Of a DNA stretch of 58,619 bases, positions 18,544 through 27,141 are shown one piece after another; position 1 is the stretch's first letter, and every line of letters starts with the position of its first letter. Origin of the DNA: Candidatus Bathyarchaeum sp. (GTDB lineage Archaea; Thermoproteota; Bathyarchaeia; Bathyarchaeales; Bathyarchaeaceae); the NCBI GenBank assembly GCA_016930555.1, contig JAFGGM010000071.1, positions 1 to 58,619 on the forward strand, read 5' to 3'. The position numbers and the translations under genes are program-made. The notes below the pieces were generated by a model. It was not told where the DNA came from and searched no databases. It saw nothing but the letters and a program-made list of their open reading frames with translations.

Positions 18544-19782
18544 ATGTCCTCTTTGTCCCAATCTTTCATCCAAGAGAGATTCGCTGACTATTACAAAGAG
18601 AACTCCTTGTCTATCATGCCCCCCTCATCTCTCAAAAGGCGAGAATTCGGTTTTCTTCTCCTCGAAAAAAAGGTTATGCTCAGGCACCAAAGCTTCCTTG
18701 ACGCTGAACGCCTCAGAGCTGCACTATTCAATGTTGTGCCCTCAGATGTCTACTACTCAAGCGCATACTATGAACGCCCTGAAGAAGATATGAGAAATAA
18801 AGGATGGCTGGGTGCTGACCTAGTTTTTGATATTGACGCAGACCACTTTCCGACCCCATGCCCGACGGTTCATGACTTCTGGGTCTGCACTGGGTGCGGC
18901 GCTTCTGGCAAGGGCCAACATCCCCAAAAATGCTCTAGTTGTGGGGGAACAAAGTTTAAGGAGAAGAGTTGGCCTTGCGAAACTTGTTTAGCTGCTGCCA
19001 AGGCTGAACTGATTAAACTTGTGGATGTCTTGATGGAGGATTTCGGTTTTTCCTCTAAAGTGTTGACTGTTGCGTTTTCGGGGCACAGGGGTTATCATGT
19101 TCATGTGGAAAGTGAATTGGTTTGGGAACTGGATTCGTTGGCTCGCAAAGAGATTGTCGACTATGTCATGGGAATAGGGTTAGAAGCTGAATTTCATGGT
19201 TTGGGAAGAAGTTTGTCATTAGATAGGATGCTTGCCGGTCCTGACCTGAATGACCGAGGCTGGAGGGGACGAGTTGCTAAAGGAACTTATGATTTTCTTT
19301 CAGCTGCTTCTGAAGAAGATTTGATGAAAACAGGTTTAAAGCCTCAACAGATTAAACCATTACTGGCTTACAGCGACGAAATCATGGAAAGCTGGGATAC
19401 GAAAGGTCCTTGGGGTGTCGTGAAAGGCATAAGCCCAGAAACTTGGAAAACGATTGCTCAATACGGAGTGGAAAAGCAGTCTGTGAAAATCGATACTGTA
19501 GTTACCCCTGACATCAATCGCCTGATAAGATTGTCCAACTCATTGCATGGAAAAACGGGCTTAAAAAAAGTTGAATTGCCAATCACAGGTATCGAAGATT
19601 TTGATCCTCTTAAGACTGCAGTAGCCTTTAAGAGTGGAGAGGTTAATGTTCATGTTTCAGAAGCTCCTCAATTCCGGATGGAGGATGAAACATTTGGTCC
19701 CTTTAAGAGGCAGAAAATTGAACTTCCCACTGCAGCAGCGATGATGTTGCTGTGCAAGGGTGTGGCAAAGGTCGTGCAGTAA
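18544..19782 (+). CDS. priS: DNA primase small (catalytic) subunit PriS
   Basis: GADLVFDIDADH and SGHRGYHVHV catalytic motifs. Zinc module CTGCG ... CSSCGG. ATG 18544 preferred over TTG 18529. Confidence 0.92.
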   Translation: MSSLSQSFIQERFADYYKENSLSIMPPSSLKRREFGFLLLEKKVMLRHQSFLDAERLRAALFNVVPSDVYYSSAYYERPEEDMRNKGWLGADLVFDIDADHFPTPCPTVHDFWVCTGCGASGKGQHPQKCSSCGGTKFKEKSWPCETCLAAAKAELIKLVDVLMEDFGFSSKVLTVAFSGHRGYHVHVESELVWELDSLARKEIVDYVMGIGLEAEFHGLGRSLSLDRMLAGPDLNDRGWRGRVAKGTYDFLSAASEEDLMKTGLKPQQIKPLLAYSDEIMESWDTKGPWGVVKGISPETWKTIAQYGVEKQSVKIDTVVTPDINRLIRLSNSLHGKTGLKKVELPITGIEDFDPLKTAVAFKSGEVNVHVSEAPQFRMEDETFGPFKRQKIELPTAAAMMLLCKGVAKVVQ

Positions 19783-19784
19783 GC

Positions 19785-20333
19785 ATGTATGATGAACTGT
19801 ATGAATTGTGGAAAACTGAAAAAGAAACTCTGGATATTCAGCGGCTACCAAAGAACTTCTACGCCAAAGTTGCGGCTTACATCAAAAAAATGAATGAAGA
19901 AAATCGGATGTTAGACAAAAAAACCGCAAAAGCCAAGCTGCTAGATAATGAACTGCAGCATGCCATGGTCATGGTTTCCGAACTTCTTCAATGCAGGTAT
20001 GAAAAATTTTTGAAAAATGTTTTGGTTAGAGAAAATGTTGTCAGAGATGTCTTGACTGATGAGGAAAAAAAGTTGTATGGAGACATTTTGCCGTTGCCTG
20101 AAGCTTACCAGGTCTTCTCCAAGGGTATTCTTCGCGGTCAATTATCAAAGGTTGAGAAAGGTGAAAAACAAGCGGTGACTGTTCTACGTTTTATTCAGGA
20201 AATCCCTGCCTTAATTGGGTCTGACCTTAAAATGTATGGTCCCTTTGCACCAGAGGACATAGCAGCTTTGCCTCATGAGAATGCTCGAATCTTCATTAAG
20301 CAGGGAGTAGCCGTGGAAGTAGATTCAAAGTAA
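19785..20333 (+). CDS. GINS complex subunit (Gins15/Gins51 type)
   Basis: 182 aa from ATG 19785. MYDELYELWKTEKE..LQRLPKNFY N-terminus. C-terminal B-domain VLRFIQEIPALIGSDLKMYGPFAPEDIAALPHENARIFIKQG. Directly downstream of priS, as in many archaea. Confidence 0.8.
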   Translation: MYDELYELWKTEKETLDIQRLPKNFYAKVAAYIKKMNEENRMLDKKTAKAKLLDNELQHAMVMVSELLQCRYEKFLKNVLVRENVVRDVLTDEEKKLYGDILPLPEAYQVFSKGILRGQLSKVEKGEKQAVTVLRFIQEIPALIGSDLKMYGPFAPEDIAALPHENARIFIKQGVAVEVDSK

Positions 20334-20356
20334 CTGGCAGAACGTAGGTTCGCCAA

Positions 20357-20364
20357 TTTTTTTT
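20357..20364 (+). terminator. oligo-T tract (T8) downstream of the GINS gene
   Basis: GCCAATTTTTTTTAATT 24 nt after the stop codon. Archaeal terminators are oligo-T runs. Confidence 0.35.
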
Positions 20365-20533
20365 AATTCCCTAGGGATTATACTGGGTGTTTGTTTTTTC
20401 TGTATTTGTATGGAGTTGAGCTACAAAAACGGCAAAAATCTATCTAAATGCACAACGATAAATCATCACTTTATAAAAGAAAGGGCAAAATATGCATCGA
20501 AATTTTAAAGGACTTTATATAAAGTAGTATAGT

Positions 20534-21033
20534 ATGAAAGCCTAAAAACTACTTAGATTAGTAAGTGAAATGCTAAAAAATTCCAAGAAAAGCGACAGAG
20601 AATTAGCGGGAATTTTAGGGATGTCTCACAGCCCACCGTTTCCAGAACTAGAGCTAGAATCGAAAAAGACTACATCAAAACATACACCATCATTCCAGAC
20701 TTTGAAAAGCTTGGATACCAAATAATGGCTTTTTCCTTCTCCAAAATGAAAGCTTACCCAGGAACTGACGTAGCTGACGAAATAATCAAAAAATCCAAGG
20801 CATGGTTAACCAAACATCCTAATGTTATCTTTGGTGCCAACGGCGAAGGTCTTGGAAAAGACTTGGTTCTGATTTCCTTCCACAAGACATATTCCGCAAT
20901 TGCTGATTTCATGTGCTCCTTTGCCATGGAATGGGGGAATTATTTGGACAGTTTCGAATCGTTTCTGATCAGCATAGGAGCAGGCTACAAGCTAAGAGAT
21001 TTGGATCTGAAATATCTAGCAGACGACATCTAG
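20534..21033 (+). pseudogene. frameshifted Lrp/AsnC-like winged-HTH regulator
   Basis: Frame 2 encodes MKA-TAA-KLLRLVSEMLKNSKKSDRELAGILGMS. From 20629, frame 1 continues QPTVSRTRARIEKDYIKTYTIIPDFEKLGYQIMAFSFSKMK into track ORF 20725-21033. The junction lies in TCTCACAGCCC (20624-20634). Confidence 0.7.
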
Positions 21034-21047
21034 CACCTTAGATTCCG

Positions 21048-21530
21048 TTAAATCTGTGTAGCATTTAAAGGCTCATCTTTCGTAGTAGAGCTGTTTTTCT
21101 TTAGGATGGAGAAGGCGTCTTCAATCGTCTTTCGGTGGTCAAAGGCGATCTCCAGATTTTTTGTTTCTGCCTCAGAGAAGCTGTTGACTGCTTCAACTTT
21201 GGTTCCTGGTTTTGTTTTTCCTTCTGTAATCTTGCACAAGAAAGCGATACTTATGACGTGTTCTCTGGGGTCTCTTTTTGGGTTATCATAGATTCCAACA
21301 AGGCTTTCCTTCAGTGACGGGTAGAATAGCTTGATTTTTAGGTTGGTTTTTGTGCAAGCTATCCTCTTGAGGGTGGATTCTAAAGTTTCTTTGTATTGTA
21401 CTCTTCCTCCTGGCAGGTGCCATTTTCCTCCCCCCACGATACCCTGTATTCTTTTGGCGAAAACAATTTTCTGGTCTATAGTTAGTATTACTGGGTTAAC
21501 GTCAACATACGCATTCTTTTGAATTGTCAT
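21048..21530 (-). CDS. Nudix-fold protein with degenerate Nudix box
   Basis: 160 aa. GGGKWHLPGGRVQYKETLESTLKRIACTKTNL matches the G-x5-E-x7-R spacing, but the R-E-U-x-E-E-x-G-U part reads RIACTKTNL. Confidence 0.7.
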   Translation of the reverse strand: MTIQKNAYVDVNPVILTIDQKIVFAKRIQGIVGGGKWHLPGGRVQYKETLESTLKRIACTKTNLKIKLFYPSLKESLVGIYDNPKRDPREHVISIAFLCKITEGKTKPGTKVEAVNSFSEAETKNLEIAFDHRKTIEDAFSILKKNSSTTKDEPLNATQI

Positions 21531-21609
21531 TTTTATCCCAACAGCATAGCATTCTTTCTAGAAATGTATAAATAGTAATTAAGGGGGCTGTTTTATACCT
21601 AACTAGTCT

Positions 21610-21897
21610 GTGATGGCAATGAATGCACCAAAAGAAATCAACACATACTGCCCCAAGTGTCAGTCTCATCAAGCTCACGCTGTTTCCTTGTATAAGGCAG
21701 GGAAGAGAAGAGCCTTGGCTAAGGGCGAGAGAGCTCATGAGCTACGGGAAAAGAAGGGCTATGGTGGACAGAAATTCCCTCGGCAGAGGAAGTTTGCGAA
21801 AACGACCAAGAAGCAGACGCTGAGGCTGAAGTGTAAGAAGTGCGGTTTTATGCGACACAAGAAAGGAATTCGTCTTAAGAAGTTAATTATAACATGA
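21610..21897 (+). CDS. rpl44e: 50S ribosomal protein L44e (eL42)
   Basis: PKEINTYCPKCQSHQAHAVSLYKAGKRRALAKGERAHELREKKGYGGQKFP ... KCKKCG. Start could be ATG 21613 or 21619. Confidence 0.92.
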   Translation: MMAMNAPKEINTYCPKCQSHQAHAVSLYKAGKRRALAKGERAHELREKKGYGGQKFPRQRKFAKTTKKQTLRLKCKKCGFMRHKKGIRLKKLIIT

Positions 21898-21913
21898 GTG
21901 GGGTGAAGAGAAT

Positions 21914-22111
21914 TTGAGTGAATGGGATAAAGTGATACCTAAACCTAAAAGCAGATTCTATCGAATAAAGTGTCCTGACTGTGGAAACGAGCAATTTGTG
22001 TTTAGTCACGCTACGACAATTGTTCATTGTAATGTGTGTGGGGCAATTTTAGCTGAGCCTTCTGGCGGAAAAACAGTCGTAAATGGAGAAGTTACTGCCA
22101 TCCTAGATTAG
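21914..22111 (+). CDS. rps27e: 30S ribosomal protein S27e (eS27)
   Basis: 65 aa, TTG start. FYRIKCPDCGNEQFVFSHATTIVHCNVCGAILAEPSGGK. Confidence 0.92.
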   Translation: MSEWDKVIPKPKSRFYRIKCPDCGNEQFVFSHATTIVHCNVCGAILAEPSGGKTVVNGEVTAILD

Positions 22112-22131
22112 GCTGGCGGAGGAATATCTAT

Positions 22132-22923
22132 ATGAGTTTGAGGAGATCTGAATGGCCCGAAGTAGGCGATTTGGTAATAGCTACTGTCGTGAAAATAACC
22201 GACTATGGCGCCTACGTTAAGTTGGATGAGTACGACAAGGAAGGTCTCCTGCACGTTTCTGAGGTTGCTTCTCGATGGGTACGAAACATCCGAGATTATG
22301 TCCGCGAAGGTCAGAAAGTTGTTCTCAAGGTTCTTCGTGTTCAAGCAGACAAGGGACAAGTTGACCTTTCACGCCGAAGGGTTACGAAGCGGGAGAAGAA
22401 AGAGAAGCTATTGCTCTGGAAAAAAGACAGGAAAGCAGAGAGTCTTTTACGGACTGCAGCTGAAAAAATGAATATTTCCTTTGAGGAAGCTTATGAGAGG
22501 GCGGGAGTGCTGATTGAGAAGGCTTTTGGGGAGCTTCATGATGGCTTGGAGAAGACCGCAAAAGATGGTGTAGATGTTTTGCTGGAGCTGGGAGTCGACA
22601 AGGAACTTGCCATTACATTAGAAGCGATTGCGAAGGAAAAGATTCAGATATCCTTGGTGAATGTGAAGGGAATCTTGAAGCTTCAGAACCCAAAGCCAGA
22701 TGGTGTGCTCCTGATTAAGGAGACACTGAAGCACGCCAAAGAAGTTGGAGAAGCCGAAGGCGCAGACGTGGATGTTTATCTGGTTTCACCCCCAAAGTAT
22801 CGTATTGTGGTTATGGCTGAAGACTACAAAAGCGCCGAAAGTATCTTGGAGACAGCCACCAACTCGGCTTTGAAAGCTATCGAAAAGAGTGGCGGAACAG
22901 GCTCCTTCAGAAGAGAAAAATAA
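22132..22923 (+). CDS. eif2a: translation initiation factor 2 subunit alpha (aIF2-alpha)
   Basis: 263 aa. S1 domain EVGDLVIATVVKITDYGAYVKLDEYDKEGLLHVSEVASRWVRNIRD ... VDLSRRRV. Confidence 0.93.
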   Translation: MSLRRSEWPEVGDLVIATVVKITDYGAYVKLDEYDKEGLLHVSEVASRWVRNIRDYVREGQKVVLKVLRVQADKGQVDLSRRRVTKREKKEKLLLWKKDRKAESLLRTAAEKMNISFEEAYERAGVLIEKAFGELHDGLEKTAKDGVDVLLELGVDKELAITLEAIAKEKIQISLVNVKGILKLQNPKPDGVLLIKETLKHAKEVGEAEGADVDVYLVSPPKYRIVVMAEDYKSAESILETATNSALKAIEKSGGTGSFRREK

Positions 22924-22953
22924 GCTCTTCATAACCTACTCTTTTAGGTGTAG

Positions 22954-23012
22954 TGCAGCAAATTTTCGGAAAAAATATTGTTTTCAACAATATACTTCTA
23001 TTAGAATCCTAT
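22954..23012 (-). repeat. conserved ~59-nt intergenic element, copy 2
   Basis: Reverse complement reads ATAGGATTCTAATAGAAGTATATTGTTGAAAACAATATTTTTTCCGAAAATTTGCTGCA. Contains the perfect palindrome ATATTGTT-GAA-AACAATAT. Starts 30 nt after the eif2a stop. Confidence 0.8.
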
Positions 23013-23154
23013 TATGATTGGGCGAAGCGAGTGGGAAATTTTGATAAAGCTGATGGCGCCCGCACACCTGTTGGAAACGTAAATAGGTATGTTCTCACAA
23101 ATATTGATAAAAGTCCCTGAAATGTATTGACGAAGGGTTGAAGCTGGTGGTATT

Positions 23155-23319
23155 ATGGTTTGGCTGCTTAGAAAATGTGTAAAATGCGCAGAATATACTT
23201 TGAAGCTTGACCATTGTCCAATTTGTGGAGGCGACCTCCATGTTCCACATCCAGCTAAGTTTTCTCCTGAAGACAAATATGCCAAATATAGGCGGGCAAT
23301 GAGGCAGGTTAACCAGTAA
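23155..23319 (+). CDS. nop10: H/ACA ribonucleoprotein subunit Nop10
   Basis: 54 aa, not in the track (<60 aa). [54 protein letters not shown]. Zinc ribbon plus [11 protein letters not shown] motif. Canonical position after aIF2-alpha. TAATG overlap with the next gene. Confidence 0.9.
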   Translation: MVWLLRKCVKCAEYTLKLDHCPICGGDLHVPHPAKFSPEDKYAKYRRAMRQVNQ

Positions 23320-24092
23320 TGAAATCAACAGTCATTAAAGAATTAGTTAACGTTGAGTTGAAGAATCCGATTCTGGTGGAAGGTTTTCCTGGATTAGGAA
23401 TGGTAGGAAGCATAGCTACCACTTACCTTGTGAAGCAGTTGAAGGCGCAGAAAATGGCAACTTTGTATTCTCCCCACTTTCCTTATCATGTTCTTGTCAA
23501 TAAGAAGGGAAGTGCTAGGCTTCTTCGAGGCGAATTCTATTTTTGGAAAAATGAGACTGGAGAAAATGACTTTATTTTGTTAACTGGGGATAGTCAAGCC
23601 CAGACCATTGAGGGACAGTTTGAGGTTGCCAACAGCATACTTGACTTTGTTGAGAAGAAGAATGTGAAAACTGTCATTACTCTTGGTGGATACAGAAACG
23701 AGATTGAAGAGACGCCGAATGTGGTTGCGGTGTCCACTAATCCTGCTCTTTTTGAGAAGGCTCTGAAGGCTAAGGCAATTTCCAGCGAAGCGGGAACTCC
23801 TATCGTTGGCACAGCGGGTTTGCTTCTAGGCTTAGCGAAGTTCAGGAAGATTGATGCTCTTTGTCTTTTAGGTGAGACTCGTGGCTATTTCCCTGACCCG
23901 AAGACGGCGAAGTCTATCCTAGAGATTCTGAAGGGAATTATCACGGTTGATGTTGACTTGAAAGGCTTGGATGAAGAGATAAACCGGTCTAAAGAGATAC
24001 TGGGTAGAATGCAGGATATAGAGAAGCGGCGACTAAAATACATGGAAAAGATGCGTAGGGTAGAAGAAGAAAGAATGACCTACATCTCTTGA
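23319..24092 (+). CDS. PAC2-family proteasome assembly chaperone (PbaA/PbaB-like), paralog 2
   Basis: 257 aa. EGFPGLGMVGSIATTYLVKQL motif. Charged C-terminal helix ending RMTYIS. Confidence 0.8.
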   Translation: MKSTVIKELVNVELKNPILVEGFPGLGMVGSIATTYLVKQLKAQKMATLYSPHFPYHVLVNKKGSARLLRGEFYFWKNETGENDFILLTGDSQAQTIEGQFEVANSILDFVEKKNVKTVITLGGYRNEIEETPNVVAVSTNPALFEKALKAKAISSEAGTPIVGTAGLLLGLAKFRKIDALCLLGETRGYFPDPKTAKSILEILKGIITVDVDLKGLDEEINRSKEILGRMQDIEKRRLKYMEKMRRVEEERMTYIS

Positions 24093-24095
24093 GTT

Positions 24096-26366
24096 CTATA
24101 CCTGCTCGTCATAGAGAATCTTGTATATGCATACTGCTGGCACGAAGTACTCGGTGTCTGATGAAGGAATCCATTGTAGGCTTCCGTACTGCTGCGAGAA
24201 GTATTCTACTTCAAAGTTTTCTAATACGATATCGGAACTTCCAGTGGTAAGTGTGTCGATTGCATAGTGCATCATCTTATACATCACTGTACTGTTTCCT
24301 AACGTGTTCACTATCAATTCATCATCATCTGGGCTAGTATCGTCGTCACTTGATTTTACCCAATCAACTCCCAGCGTATAGTTACCGAGCAAAGTGTCAT
24401 TAAGTCCAGGAATCCTTGCCATCCATCTCCATTTACCTTCGTCGCCATATCCTGCATCATATGTTGTTGTTCCATCTTGAGTTGCAAATGTTATGTATAT
24501 CAGGACATGCGTTATTTTGAGTTCTCCACGACTGTTGAAGTCGTCTATGATTTCCATGGCACTGGTTTCCTCTGACATGAAGAACTTTCCAATTAAACTT
24601 ATCTGAGTACTATTCACTGTACCATTATCTGCAAGAGTTGTTTTGTTGCCAATAGCTGTAATCCAGTAACCGTAGTCCCACCAGCTGAGCACAACAGCAT
24701 CGTCGGGTAGGTCAACTCTGATATAGTTGAGAGCATCTAGCCAGTCAGGAATGTTGGCTCTAACGGGCAAACTTGAAGCGGCAATAGTTGTGGGTGACCA
24801 TGCTCGCTGTATGACTCTAGGCTGAGTAGCGCCAGAACTTGGTATTACAAATGTGGCTGTCAGCAGGATGAACATCAAAACGATGAAGCCTGCACTGAAT
24901 TCTTTACCCACACGAGGTCTGAAACGCATTTTGCGTCTTGGGATTGTTGGACCTTCCCGCAGAATGGTGACAAAGGGTCTAATCATTTGAACCAATGCCA
25001 ATGCCCATAAGATGCTTAGTGCTGGAGCCAGAAGCAAATTCAACCGAACAAGGGAGCTTGCAAAGTAGATGGATGTTAGACCAAAGACTACAAGGAAAAC
25101 ATTGCGGTTTGTTGGATTCTGCACAGCAAAAAACAAGCCAACAGGAACGAAGAGGATTCCTACGCCTAGGTCATAGTAGAATGAGCCCCAAGTGGCAGGT
25201 TTGTGTTCTTGTACAGACTGCACAAGTTGTTGTATGGGCGTATCACCTATACGTTCACTTGGGAACAGAGTTGCCCAAAGTTTGGCTTCTAATGAGCCGA
25301 TTAGCCCAAGCTGTGAAAGCATAATAAACAAAATGACAATACCTGCTAAGAAGCCAACAACGAACAGTAGTTTGTTTTTAGGTACTGTTATACGCTTAGA
25401 GAATTCGAAAATACATAACACAAGGAAAACTCCAACCACTGCCATGACTGTGGGTTCAGTCAAAAATGTGGTGCCTAACCTTGGAATATTGACTGCTATC
25501 AAAAGTGAGACAACAAAGGTTGTGGTATATGAAATGAATAGACGCGTTGAATACCGCTTAAGCAATAGCATAGCAAACACAAAAACCAAAGTGATTCCCA
25601 AACCATATCGCGCTGCTCCCCATGACGCAAAGAGATAACCCAGCGACAATCCTCCTGCGACAGCATAGACAATGCTGCTTCTGGGCGACCTCTTGGAGTC
25701 GATAGATCTTAAGAAGAAGAAAATGAACAAGAGGAGACCAAATATTCCTACTGTTTCATCGTCAAAGAAACCAAAAGAGGTACGGCTAATATACGAGGAA
25801 CTTAGAGCTAAAAACAACGCTGAAAAAAGACCTACCTCCTTACCGCCGATATCTCTTCCCAACAAGTAAATTACAAAAACTGTCAATGTTGCCATAATCA
25901 CTGGAAAAATTATACAGAAATTGAAAAGAGGATCAGCAGTTAATGGGTGATAAATCTCTGAACTGTAAATTGGACCTGGGGCAAGATTCAGTGCACTGGC
26001 TATCTGGTAGAAAAAAACTGCTGTTCCTGCCAGACCTGGGAATAGTGAGTTTGCAACATTAAGTCCCTGTGGATACCATGACATAGTGTCTATCCATGTT
26101 GTCCAAGATGTGAATCCATTGTCAACCATGTGGCTAGCTAAACGGTAATGCATGTGGGGGTCAAATTCTGAAAGCTGGAAACCCCATTGCATCGGAAGCA
26201 ACCTGATTGAGGCGGCTATAACAAGAATGATTAGAAGCATAGATACATGCAACATAGAAGAATGAGTTAGTCGTAAACGAAGATTTCCAATGCTAGACAA
26301 AGCCTCAACTGCGCCATCTTTTGTAAACAATTTACCAATACTCACCGCAAACCCTTCTCTCGTCAA
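24096..26366 (-). CDS. aglB: oligosaccharyltransferase AglB (STT3 family)
   Basis: 756 aa. About 13 N-terminal TM segments. Catalytic WWDYGYWI motif. Acidic FGFFDDETVG loop. Confidence 0.93.
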   Translation of the reverse strand: MTREGFAVSIGKLFTKDGAVEALSSIGNLRLRLTHSSMLHVSMLLIILVIAASIRLLPMQWGFQLSEFDPHMHYRLASHMVDNGFTSWTTWIDTMSWYPQGLNVANSLFPGLAGTAVFFYQIASALNLAPGPIYSSEIYHPLTADPLFNFCIIFPVIMATLTVFVIYLLGRDIGGKEVGLFSALFLALSSSYISRTSFGFFDDETVGIFGLLLFIFFFLRSIDSKRSPRSSIVYAVAGGLSLGYLFASWGAARYGLGITLVFVFAMLLLKRYSTRLFISYTTTFVVSLLIAVNIPRLGTTFLTEPTVMAVVGVFLVLCIFEFSKRITVPKNKLLFVVGFLAGIVILFIMLSQLGLIGSLEAKLWATLFPSERIGDTPIQQLVQSVQEHKPATWGSFYYDLGVGILFVPVGLFFAVQNPTNRNVFLVVFGLTSIYFASSLVRLNLLLAPALSILWALALVQMIRPFVTILREGPTIPRRKMRFRPRVGKEFSAGFIVLMFILLTATFVIPSSGATQPRVIQRAWSPTTIAASSLPVRANIPDWLDALNYIRVDLPDDAVVLSWWDYGYWITAIGNKTTLADNGTVNSTQISLIGKFFMSEETSAMEIIDDFNSRGELKITHVLIYITFATQDGTTTYDAGYGDEGKWRWMARIPGLNDTLLGNYTLGVDWVKSSDDDTSPDDDELIVNTLGNSTVMYKMMHYAIDTLTTGSSDIVLENFEVEYFSQQYGSLQWIPSSDTEYFVPAVCIYKILYDEQV

Positions 26367-26539
26367 TCAAAGCAATGAAACCCTTTATTTTTGTTGTGGT
26401 ATTCCATTGTTATGACCCTCTCTTTGAACAAAGAAATATTTTAACTTTTAACATTCACTCAAAAGTAAATAAAATCAAATCGGCTTTCACAAGCCAAATT
26501 TGGAAAATCTGGCGTAACATTAATTTTTTTTGTCCCGCC

Positions 26540-26674
26540 TTACTTCTTTTTGCTGATTTTCGGAACGTAGATAACACATTCTCCACAAACAGGACACTGT
26601 CTAGGCTCTATTTTGCTTTCACAGGTCCATTTATGTCCACATTTCATACATACCCATTCTGTCACTTTTCCCAC
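26540..26674 (-). CDS. zinc-ribbon miniprotein (44 aa)
   Basis: GTG start. GKVTEWVCMKCGHKWTCESKIEPRQCPVCGECVIYVPKISKKK, i.e. CxxC-x14-CxxC. Same strand and immediately upstream of aglB. Below the track cutoff. Confidence 0.4.
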   Translation of the reverse strand: MGKVTEWVCMKCGHKWTCESKIEPRQCPVCGECVIYVPKISKKK

Positions 26675-26768
26675 TTCTATTAAAACATTTCAACATTTGC
26701 CCTTAAAACAGTTATTTCTTTAATCAAAAGAGCCTTCTATGCTGTTTCCTTTTCTGTAACTGGAGCCT

Positions 26769-26951
26769 TCAGCGCCTTCTGCCTGTTTCCTCGGCAGCTT
26801 CAACCATAACTTTTGTTGGCACAAAAGCAATTTTTTTGCCACATCCAGGACATTTACCATCGTTAGCTTGGATAATCTCATCTGGAGGTTTCAAGTCTGT
26901 GCCTTCATAAAGAACATGACCGCATTTTTCACAAATTACCTTCTGAGGCAA
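26769..26951 (-). CDS. zinc-ribbon protein (60 aa)
   Basis: MPQKVICEKCGHVLYEGTDLKPPDEIIQANDGKCPGCGKKIAF, i.e. CxxC-x21-CxxC. Acidic/basic tail. Confidence 0.55.
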   Translation of the reverse strand: MPQKVICEKCGHVLYEGTDLKPPDEIIQANDGKCPGCGKKIAFVPTKVMVEAAEETGRRR

Positions 26952-27141
26952 GGTCTCTCAGTCCATGTAGACCGAAATACAATCATTGCAGGCTATTTAT
27001 ACATTACGACAAATCTCAGAAATGCCTTGAAACGTCGCTCTCACCTTATATGATGCATTACTATGAACCCCAAATAGGTTGCTGGCTGGTAAATCATTTA
27101 GAGAGTTATAAGTGCCTGAAAGAGAATTAAATGGTGCATCA

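Noticed and set aside
18282-18587. 101-aa plus-strand Phe-rich ORF between priL and priS
   Set aside because: It is the mirror image of purine-rich minus-strand sequence and runs into the priS start. The poly-F low complexity argues against a real protein.
25192-25638. 148-aa plus-strand ORF (and neighbours 24995-25324, 25672-25869)
   Set aside because: It lies inside aglB on the opposite strand. The AglB frame has the WWDYGYW motif and a coherent TM profile.
26375-26683. 102-aa plus-strand track ORF
   Set aside because: No motifs. The opposite strand encodes a compact CxxC…CxxC zinc-ribbon ORF co-oriented with aglB, which explains the open frame better.
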